Shown here piece by piece: positions 13,801 to 25,800 of a DNA stretch of 64,000 nt; within the stretch, counting starts at the first letter, position 1, and every line of letters begins with the position of its first letter. The notes below the pieces were generated by a model. The model was not told the origin of the DNA. It worked only from the letters and a program-made list of their open reading frames with translations, and ran no database searches. The position numbers and the translations under genes were made by a program. Location of the stretch: the NCBI RefSeq assembly GCF_023055435.1, contig NW_025963779.1, positions 14,632,001 through 14,696,000 of the forward strand, given 5' to 3'. This DNA is from Haliotis rufescens (lineage: Eukaryota).

Positions 13801-16800
13801 ACGGGTATTGATAAATTCTGTAACGGTTAAGAGACTGTGAATATAGGTTTTTGTGATAACCTGATATTTATAAAAATGTAAGCTGATTTGCGCTCACTGC
13901 AGCATCATTGTCAATCAAAACGTAAAAACATGGTTGCTATGTTCACAAGTAAAATTGTCGCATATCTAATTATCAACTTTTTGTTGACTGTTATCGATTG
14001 TTTTACAATGTAAATGATGGTAATCCTATGATAAGGGTATGTTATTTACATCAGCACTTTTATCTTCTTTTGTATTTACATAACAGCTACACCATGCGGT
14101 GGGCTAACTGCAACGACTGAAAAGAAGCTCCTTACCTCAGAAGGGTATCCTATCAAATATGAACCGTAAGTATTTTTTAAATGAATCAATTTGCACATTG
14201 AATAGCTATAGAATCCTAGAAAGGACATCGCCCTTTAGATCCAACAGAACCATGTTGTTTGTTATAAGGAAGACACTGCCTTGTGTTCGTGCCTTTACAA
14301 TGTTACGAGACAAATACTGCTGTCTGCAATCTAATTGTATAAGAAAATACACAGGATATCTTCACGTCGATACGTATTTTTGGGGACAGTGAGATTAATC
14401 AAGGAAGTGTATGTTCATGTGGTATGGTCAAGAACCACGTTATCAATTCACAAATATACTCAACAACAAAAGTTCCTGTGACACCAATATTTTAGTGTAT
14501 TTTTCAAACAAGTAAAGTTTGGTTTTCAATATTGTAGTATATGTATGGAATCAAGTCACACAAACGCAACTGCTACCGAAAAGCATGCATTCCATGCAAA
14601 AGTTTACTTTTATGCAAGCCCCATGCATTTCACTACCAAGGAATGGGTATAAAAACATGAGCGTTAACGGGATTCCATATGCATTGTTTAGCATTACGCA
14701 ATTATTCAACATTATGAAATGCCACACCTGTCCGAAAATGAGCGCCTGCGAGCCATTGGTATGCTTGAAGCAGGATCGAGTCAATGTGTTGTTGCAAGAC
14801 AATTTAACGTCCACAGAAACACCATTTTTTATGGTAGACAGGTGGAGGAGGACATTTCCAAATTTGACGTATCAATGGCCAAAAGAACGCCAAATGCAAT
14901 TCCATATTCTAATGCATATCATAACACATATACTTGTAAATAGCGAATTATGCGAACTTTACACTACACAGCATATGCACAATCATTTGCACCGTAGAGT
15001 AATAACTAAGCATGCAGGAAATAAAATATACATAATTACAAAATTATTTTAGTCACAATATCTATAAGCAAATATTCAATAAATATCGACAACATGGTAA
15101 TTCAAATGGGTCATACACAAAAGTCGCCACAATATGCTTCATTGAAAAGTCTATTCCACTAACTAATAGTTACAATTTCAGTTCACAAACATGCTCGTGG
15201 AGTCTCCAGGCATCTAACGCTACCAAGAATGTAATTCTAGAAACAGTGGACATGATGATACAACCCTCAACTGGTTGTGTTGATGATTCAGTCAGCATAT
15301 ATGACGGTAAGAACAGTATACCCCGTGGGGATCCCGGGATCCTACATGTAGTATGCTGCTCGTAAGAGGCGACCAAATGGATCGGGTGGTTAGGCTCGGT
15401 GTCCTCGTACCATGACGGCGTGGTTTGTGGGTCACGATATCGATTACTGGGTTATCTGGTCCAGACTCGCAACTTAACAGACCACCGTCAGACAGCTGGA
15501 AATTACTACACTCATATGTCTTCTATATTAGATGTCTCGTATGTGACTAAACATGAACGTAAAAACACAATTAGTATGTGCCAGAAACTGACGTCATTAC
15601 CTTTCGCTAAATTGACAAATTGACTGATAAAATTGAGCATTATGCTAAAATTAACTATTGTGTCTTTGTACCATTACCTAAGTACAGTGAATGAGTTAGC
15701 GATTGTTGATCAACAATATTACCGTCATTATACGTCGGCTTTAAACAATGATGTTTTCATCATTTTATGTGATGAATGGAAAAGTCAAAATCATGTTAAC
15801 GAAGTGTTATATAACGAGGCAGTCAGTAATATAAAAGCTATATTCTTGTTACATGTACAAATGTCTTTACACTACAAGCTCTGACTGTAGCGCATATACA
15901 TTGTTTACAGTTCTTATATGCTCTGCAATAGAGAAATCACTCCCCGCGTGTGATTCCGAAACGACGACATAAAATTAAAGCATTTATAATAATCAATATT
16001 ATAATTATGTTTTAATTGGACATCGTCGTATATATCAGCATTTTTATTAATAAATCATTGAGTACTTAGTTCTCAATATTATTTTTAAAAATGTTATTAT
16101 TGTGGTAGCTTATATTTTTTTATTCCCCCTGTGCTTCCATGTGTTATGCGTTGAAAGTAACATTATTGATTTTGAAATATGTATTATATAATTTCACTAC
16201 AGGTGACTCCAACTCTGCCACTAAGCTACACACGTTATGTGGAGTGGATAGCCTTGTGACAATAATGAATGAAGCGTGTTTACAAAATCGTATCGAAAGT
16301 ACTGTCTTGTTTTTAAATGTTCAAAAGAAGACAAACGACGACATAAAATAAAAGCATTCAATATTATAATGATGTTTTAACTGGACATCGTCGTATATTT
16401 CAACATTATTATAATCATTGTTTACTAATTTCGCACTTTTATTTTCAAAATGTTAGTATGGTTGCAGCTTGTATTTATGTATTTCCCCGATACTTCCATG
16501 TGTTATGCGTTGAAAGTAACATTATTGATATTTATATATACATATTATAATTATAATTTCACTACAGGTGACTCCAACTCTAGCACTAAGCTACACACGT
16601 TATGTGGAGACAGTCGTGTGTTTGTGACCTCATCGGGACGGAACATGTACCTTGAATTTCGTTCCAACAGTATTCTGGAGACAAGAGGCTTCCAGTTCCG
16701 ATACTACCAGGGAGACAGTATGTAATTCCAAAGTCATTATCAGCCATTAAACACACGCTTCTCAAATGTTCAGAATACCACGTCAGGTCTTATGGCAAAC

Positions 16801-19800
16801 GTTCACCCATGTATGCAGACAGTTAACTCTTGACGAATATATATTGCGTCGACTGTTGCGATCCACATTTGAACCCTTGAACAATTTATGTTATTGTTCA
16901 TGACATGGGAATCACGCAATGTATGATTAAATGCCTATTTCATTGATAAGTTAATGTTCCTTGACGATATAGTATTGATTCAATATAATCATTACGCCAG
17001 TACTTCTCTGCTCATGTAGAGAAATATAAAGATTTTTTCATGATCACAAAACCCCTTTTGGATGTAAATGAGAACTTCGGTCCCGAACAGTCTATATTTT
17101 CATTTTATCCCATTGTGATTGATTCTAAACATCAAACTCTAAATGTACCCTATTTTTCGTTGAAGCTTCAATAGTTCTGATGTTTAATATGGTTGAAAGT
17201 CCCAAACAGGCTTTCTAAGATTTTTCAAAAATCTTAATTTAAAGAAATTCACAATTTCAGAATAAAATGAATTGTTCTTCATGAAGTAAAATGAATGAGG
17301 AATTTCATTAACCATAAAAGATGAAATGCAGTTTGAAAGTGAAGGAAAATTTGACCTTGTTTGACCTGATAACCCATCAACACGGCACCAAGATACCCGG
17401 GTCTTGACAAGGTGTTTGTTGTATGTGTACAACAGTTTGAATATTGATTACTTTTTAGTCCAAGTATTACAGTCAAATTATGAATAAATTGTTAATATCA
17501 CAGTACCTGTAACAGTAGTTGTTGAATATATCTGACTTACCTTGTTTTGAATTATAATATTGGCATCAGTAGAGTTAATATAAGGAAAGTACAAGTCTAT
17601 AAATGCTTGAAGATGAATTGTTATTTTCCTCAGAAGCAACGCCTTGCACGTTCACGTTCACTGCTACACGGGATGTGAAGACCTTCAACTCACCTGGCTA
17701 CCCCATTGCATACTTCAAGTAGGTTGTACTGTCCGAGGAGCAAGCATGATTCATGCTTACTTTTATTGCAATTGTATATATTCATACATCTACTTTGTGC
17801 CTTCAATGATATACTCGTAAATGTTCTGTAAAGTAAATTTTGTTTTCTATTTTGATAATTAGATGTCTCAAATTACATCCCTGTTCTGATCAATATAACC
17901 TAGCTTTATGACACGTTGCTAGGCAACAACAGGTCAAGTCAACATTCACTCAGTCCACTATGATGTTTTCGCATGGTAGATAATCAATTTATCAATGAAA
18001 TAACTCTGATGACGTTGTGAACTGATACCAAGGGCACACAATGTACAATCATTCAACATACATAGAATGAAAATGTGTTGGTAATGGAAATGTGTAAAAC
18101 GTGAACACAATTGAATAGTTAGGTACACTGAATGAGTGATTTAATGAAGTGTTACGTCGCACAACATACATTGAGTTAATTGTTTGAACATTTAAACTCA
18201 CCTAACCTAACGTTGAATTATTATACATTCGTTTAGATTCGAGCTTTGTCATGGCTTTGCAATTTGGTTAATTTATATTTCAGAATATCATGTGATTTAT
18301 TTTACAGCGATGTATCCTGTGAATATTCAATTCAAGCGGCCGATGCGTCAGATAGTCTGCAATTGAGGTTTACAGACGTTGATGTTCAATCATCTCAAAC
18401 TTGTCGTTACGACAACATCAGCGTGGCAAATATAAGTAATGCATTCAAACATTTCCGGAACTGAACTTTTTCCTGGTACAGAACTACATGTAGTCTAACC
18501 CCCCTAATTCAGTGTAGAGATACGTGTGTCTAATTGTGTCAGGTTCCGCTGGTTACCGATTGATTCGCCCTGATTGTGATCCTTGGTTTGTCGGCACCAT
18601 CGAGGTTTTACTTGCCTTTGTCACGGGTGCCGCCGATGAGACAGGATACCTATTTACAAAACCTGTATCATCACCACTTGACGTACAATGGATTCTGCGT
18701 TTAGCATTCCCCATCGTACAATTCCCACGCCATTGAATACTGAAATATTGTCAAAGTTCCAAGTGTCAACAAAGGATAACTCATTAAAGTCGGTCATTGA
18801 CTATATCAGAATATATCACTTATGTAATCTGGAACACTTATAGTATACAATCAACGCAACCCTGATACACATGTTTGACTGCAATGTGCCGGCAATTGCA
18901 GATATAAATATATTAGCTGTGTAACAACTGAGACACAAAGCACACTATCCGACATATGCATAAGTCTATGTTGACTCAGTTTCAGGTGGAGATGACCCAG
19001 TTGCCACAATCTGTGGTATGCCGAACTCAACCTACCAAGGAGGAAACAACATGAAGGTCACATTTACCTCAGATGGGTCGAGGGTCAATAAAGGATTTTC
19101 AGTTGGATATCGGAGCGTCCCGAGTGAGACATTTATAATTCATTAAAGTAAATCAAAGTAATCATGTTTTTAAACGACACTTATGAGTGTTTTTATTATA
19201 TATGAACATTGTGCAAAGGTCTTATCATTGTAATAACTTAAAATCATTAATTCTTATAAAACAATAGTGTTTATTCATTATGTTTCTTCTTGTTTATTTA
19301 CTTATTTTCCTTTTCTATATATTCTATTACCTGTTTCCAGTCAAGTACGTACACTTATCCCTGCATGGCAACGTGATGTGGGATGGTCTTTGACATACAT
19401 TGGAAGAAAAAGCAACATTTCCAAAATTGGAAAGAACATGTATAAACTGACCTTTCTTACATTCTGTCAGGGAAAAACTGATCTGTGCAAACTTCCAAAA
19501 GTAAAACTTGGAAATATCCCCTTTCCGAGCTTTTAAATAGGGTACTTTCGTTTAGAAATCCCATATTTCCCAAGGAGGAAATGTATGGAAAGAGTGCTAT
19601 TTATGCCAGTGATGTTGCAGGGGGTGTTAACATAGTATGTAGCGATGGGAATCTATTAGACATCTCGTTTATTTTATGTCTTTCAGAGGACGAATGTTCA
19701 ATACACGCCCAGGCCACAGATATGGACGCGTTTATCCTGTCTCCAGGGTACCCGACTCAGTACTACAGGTAAATTTGTACAGTAACATTATTTGCTATGA

Positions 19801-22800
19801 TCGTTTCTTGTCATGTTACCTTCTTTGTAACACCTATATACAAGCGTGGGGAATAATAATTACATTTACATTTCGTGGTTCAGTTTATAAGTGAAAGAAC
19901 ATATGAATATTGTTTAATGCCGCAGTCACATTAGTATTCCAGCTATGTCGCGGCGGCATGTCATTAAAGAAGTCTGGGCCAGCCCAGTTAGTCCCAGAAC
20001 CACCGGGTCCTCTTTAATTGACTCTCTGTTTAATGATAATGAAGAAAGTCCTTGTGATAAACAGTGTTAGATGGTGCATGGTATACATGTAGGGTGGATA
20101 AATGATAGATGAATGGATTAAAGAGTACTTAAATTATTATCAAAGATAGGGACATGTGAACTCCAAAGTAACTGTGAATGAATTAATAACTTCTATTATG
20201 GAGTGTATGGCCTGACAGATTGCACACCTATCCCTGTACATTGAAAGAAAAACACTTGCCAAGATCAATACAGATAAATACCGATTCAATTAAAATCGTC
20301 TCTCCCTTTCAAACTTCTGTCTACACTTTAAATACAAATACCCCTGGGTTTCACAACAATTTGTGTAAACAACACAAAATCTTTAGAAAAGAGCCCATCT
20401 TCAGCCCAAATAAAACAAAAGAACATAATACATCTCACATAAACGAAATGATGTGCTTCAAGAAAAATCTCAAGTTGATGAATACGAACATGGTCACAGT
20501 TACTCTTGCCTTTGGTTACAGCTAAATAATTGTCTTTGTACCTTAAACTTAACGGGTTTACAATGGTAAATAAATACCCCTCTGTTGGGACAGGAAAAGA
20601 AATCATACGTAATCCTTAAGGGTAAGATGCATACTTAAACCAAGTCCCACATTGCGACTATATGATACCTATTTAAGCAACAAACTTTAGGTACCGAGGG
20701 ACAAAATGTATTCTGGACGGATTATATACACATAGATCAGTGGATTATTTACGCGATGGATGAAGAATAACATGGATATGTGGCGATACACCTTGATTCA
20801 ATGAGTAGGATTCAAATGTTTCTATTGATATTAATGTTTATAAAGGTCATATGCTAAATGGATAAAGGATTGTATAGCGGATAAATGTGGTGGTATCATT
20901 TGCCTTTTCCTTGCAATGTAACTTATCTTCAATTGTGTAAATATATGACACAATGAATACACAATGTCAATATAAAGTGGTCAGATGTAACAAATGTTAT
21001 ATTTGGGATAAGACTTTCTTAGTAAAGTACCGAATCTCGAACATTTGTTAGATTTGACCACTTTCCAAATGACATTGTGTATTCATAGCTTTCGGCCATG
21101 GGAGCCGTGCCAATTTCCACTTGTCTGAGGGGTACACAAAGTACGTGATCTAGACTACCAGTTGTTGGATTTTCATTTTTGTGGAAGCCTCGGTGGCTGA
21201 GTGGGTTAGATCACTGACTTTGTGTGCTGGCGAGTAGGTGCCTCACTCTGGCAAGTGTGTGTTCGAATCCTGGACGGGACTCAACCTAAGAAAGAAAGAG
21301 AATCTCTACTTTACTCAGAAAGTGTTATTCCAAATATAACATTTGTTACAATATATGACACGTTTCAATACAAGCAAGAATTACATTTTGAACTTTATGG
21401 CGAACGCGATTCCTAGAACATAATTGTCCAGCCAATGTATGAGATTCCACCATTACCTGACCATTACCTCGATTTTCATAGTTTGGGCAATGCACTAGAC
21501 ACTGAGCCACATTGTGAAGCTGATTACAAACTGTACGATTTGCAGAAGTGTCGGGGTGTGCACCAAGACCACAATGTCCGAAACGAAGTCTTCTCTTTGA
21601 TTGTCTCGAGATATTTGTTATTTATTAATAAAAAGATCGATGCCATAGAGATATTGTGTAAATATAGCTTTGCTCTTCCAGCAACATGAACTGCCGTTGG
21701 ACCATCGTGGCGACGGATAACGATGCTACGGTCGAACTGGTTGCTGTCATCTCCGACATTGCCGACACTTCCCCATCTTGCAGCAGTGACAAAGTGTCTG
21801 TGATGGACTGTACGTTTCTATGTTAATGATGTTAATGGATAATTACATTTGATAAATTTAAATTTAAAACAATATTCAAGAAAATGTCAGTTCCGTAGGT
21901 GGTGATATGATCATAAGAACAGTATCTATTCAACGATGTCACTCAGTGATTGGCTGGGCACTTGCCGCGTTTTCGGGATTTCGGAATCTTTGGTTAACTG
22001 TTAAAAAACAAATGCAGGAAGTATAAGGACGAGAGTAAAGAGGGATCTCGCAGTTTCATTCTTTACACACATACACATATTTATCATATATCGGATTTTA
22101 TGAATGCTAAAAAGAGGAAATGTGAAATGTGTTGAAATATGGTCGAAGGTTTGCACGTGTACATGTAACATTGTCTTCCCATTCCTGAGCTGATGGACAG
22201 TGGGGGCATTATAGGTTGAAACATTTTGGTCATGTCGAAAATTGTGACACACATATACGTGTATACACCATAGACCGGATTTCGTGAATGAAAAAGGTGC
22301 AACTGTCAAATGTGTGAAATGTGTTAAACAGGTTTATATTTTATTACCATCTTCAGCTGATATGACAGAACTGGGGACATTCTGTGGAACGAACAAACCT
22401 ACATATAATAGTGCAGGACCAAACATGACTGTTGTCTTCACGACTGATGGCACCAATCAGGCAACAGGATTTCGTCTGAAATACAAGCAGAAACGAGGTG
22501 CGTCATGCTTCATTGAATCTGTCACATTATAATAAGTTTTGTTTGTAAAAGAAATAAGGAAAGAATACGTAACACGTGTCATCGCGGACACTGCATATAT
22601 CCACTGTATTTCATCTGTTGAGGGATTCTTATGTAAACACAACACTTCTCAATAATTTTCCAAAGACACAATGGACAGCCCATATGTGGATTAAGAAGCC
22701 TCAATCAGATAAATTTGTAGGATGCTTTACTTTATGAATTTCAAATGTATTTACTAAAACAATTTATAAGGTAATTAAAATTCAATTCATCGTTGCGTGT

Positions 22801-25800
22801 ACATTTGGAAAATGATGAAGGAGTAAGCATATACTCCGAAACGTTGTGTTGCTCATAATAAAGAATTTGACATCAATTTATTCTCTTCCTGATGTACCAA
22901 TTTGTCAAATGCACGGCTGGTTTCTCGTTATCAAACTTGTACAGAAATAGATATAATAAGAATTTGGTTTAAATGTCAGAGCTATTTTTAGTGTAAATGT
23001 AAACCAACAGAACGCAGCAGTATTAGGGGCCCAGATGCGTAGCGTGACTATAGTAATCGTACAACAATACAGATTGTCAGACACATTAACACCTTTTCGT
23101 TTAGTTTTTTTTCATTCCTTACTGTTTTAAAGTTATTTGCTGTGTATCTCTAAATCTAAGAAACCCAACAAATTAACGTCTTCACCCAAATTATCAGCAT
23201 CCCATTCTGGTCCGGTGTAGTTATAGATTATGTGGGGACACGGATGGACTGTACATGTTGCGTACCTTTGGGGTACGAGAAACCGATTGCCATGGATTCG
23301 AGTACAATGTTCTCCCTGCTTATGTTACTAGGTTTATCACCACCAGAGCCGTGCCCGTGTGTTTAGCCATATAGATTACACTACTGATTTCACTAAGTTT
23401 ATTCCCTTTGCACGTGACGCAACCCGTGTGCTCAGTGACGTTGTACTTCGTGTTACATCTTGCGATTGACCAAATTTAATCATACCGTACTATGATGTTT
23501 GCAGCCGCACCGGCAACGTGTGGAAGGACATTAACAGCTTCAAATCCTGAGGAACTGCTTTCGCCAGGCTACCCAAGAGCATATTTGAGGTATGTTACAA
23601 GAGGTCAGTCAGGTATTCCTGTGTTGAATTGATCAGCAAATGCTGATAAATGAACGCTTTGGGAGATTATTAATTAATATTAATTCACAGGTGTTTGTTT
23701 GTGTGAGAAAGCTAGATTTAACGCCGTCTTAGCACTGGAATCGTTTTATGTTGAAGGAAAGCTCAAAATAACACGCAATTGTTTACCTCTATGGAAAACC
23801 AATGAGCAGGAGTTTGGATCTGCAAGCGGGAATCTTGGCTTTGAACCTCCTATCATAGTATCCCGACACGATCAAGGGACGCAACACTGCTACACTAATT
23901 TGCATTGGAATGTTTAACCGTCGACGGGTTTTTTCTATGTCGAGACTTGTATGTGAACAAAATGAACAAACAATTGTCCAGTAGAAGTTACTTGTCTCAA
24001 TATGATCTTCGTGTTACAGGTCACAAACATGCACATGGACAATTACGGCCTATAATGAAAGCTTCGTCAATCTCAGGCTTGTTGACATTGATGTAGAAGT
24101 TAGTGATCAGTGTCAGCCGGATAGCCTCAAAATATATGACGGTAACCATTTGCATGACTTTGCATTCTATATACTCCAAGGCAAGAGTAACTGTAATACT
24201 TTAACATTATTTTCATTAACAATGGCTTTGCCTTAATGGCTTTTTATATTATCAATGGTCTGTGTACAAGGCAAATCCCTTCATGCAGAAGTATGGAATG
24301 AACAACTCCAGTCATCGCAATATGACTTACGTACAAAACAAAAATGTAAGTTATAGGTAGGTACTTCTTAATTGTTAACAGGGGGCAATTCTACAAGTCC
24401 TCTTCTCGGAACTTGGTGTGGGCAAATGAACGGTTACAGGTTACAAAGCACAGGGAATGTGATGACTCTTGTCTTCAACACTGACGACTCCAATAACGGA
24501 AGAGGATTCAACGTCAGATATAAACAAGACTCAACTCGTAAGTTTGTTTATTTGAAATCAATCTTAGTAAATTTTACGTATGAGTTCGACAGTTCGCCAA
24601 ATGTTTACGTATCAAACATTGTGTTCATAAACAGCAATTCGAATAATTATTACAAATTCCTATTCCAAATTAGTGTTAAAAAGATACAGTTCTCTCTTTT
24701 TGCAAATGTATGAATGTCATAGAAATTAATGTAACAGTTACTTTCTTTCAATAACGGTCATTTCATGGCTGTGCGAGTCCACAAATATAATTTAGTTTTC
24801 TTGTCTTTCAAACAGGTATGGGATGCATCGATAGCTTTAAATCTACAGACACATATTCCTACATCACCTCGCCGAACTACCCGAATTCTTTCCCAGGGTT
24901 TGTAGTTTTAATCTAGAAAAAAAGACTTTACAAAGGTACTGATGTTCATTGAAACTCCGTTAGTCCGTACCCCGTTCATCCACCCGTGAAGATCCAGGGT
25001 AGAATAGGTCCTCAGCAACCCTTGCTTGCCGTAAAAGGCGATTATGCTTGTCGTAAAAGGCGACTAACGGGATCGGGTTCGGGGTAAAACTATGTGAGAA
25101 ACTATGCCATCTCAATAAAAATATATCTTAGTGGTATCTGAGCGGGCTGTGATGCTAGATATGGACATGGCATGTTGGACATTTGAAACGGAAGAGCCTG
25201 CCCATAGTGGAAGGTACTGCCATACTATCTCAGCCACATATTACACTTTACATTTCCTTTGTGAAGTCAAGATATTTACAAGGCACAGTCTGAAGTGGAA
25301 GTCGCCACTTTGAAACTACGACCGTAAAGCCCGTGAAAGCTGTCGACTTCCTGATGCCATCTCAATTAATTAGTTCATGTATTTTATTCAGATGTATATG
25401 TTGGAAATTATCCAATTTGAGAATGTTATTGATATTTTGAGTAATTACTGCTAGAAGAACAAAACGGCAAGAGTAAAGATGAAAGACGATGAGGATACAT
25501 ACCTGTGATATATAAGTTAACCAAATATAAATAGAAATCAATGTTCAGGATATCTGTCGCGAAAAATGCAAAACCATATGTATTTTGTATTTATAATTTT
25601 GAGCCTGAATGTTTTGTTGTGGAAGAAACACCTTGAACAATGTAATTGTTGTGCCAAGCAATTTCCTTTTTTCCAAAGTCTGAAGCAAAATTCTTTTATT
25701 CAGTTTTGTTTTTTATTATTTGTTTCAATAAAATCCTCCCTGACGCCCCACCTCCCTCTTCGAATAGCAAATTGTTGGTCCCTTACGTACCGAATAATAA

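Larger units (their letters stand above)
38..14944. repeat. Large inverted duplication (palindrome): left arm 38-6894, spacer 6895-6945, right arm 6946-14944
   Basis: Reverse-complement identity throughout, e.g. 40-130 vs 14853-14944, 649-727 vs 14087-14165, 4017-4256 vs 8047-8286, 5090-5149 vs 6976-7035, 6861-6894 vs 6946-6979; arm-specific indels. Confidence 0.95.

Noticed and set aside
22813-22860. Functional hammerhead ribozyme
   Set aside because: The first core C and the 5' strand of stem I are missing (truncated), so it is reported only as a relic
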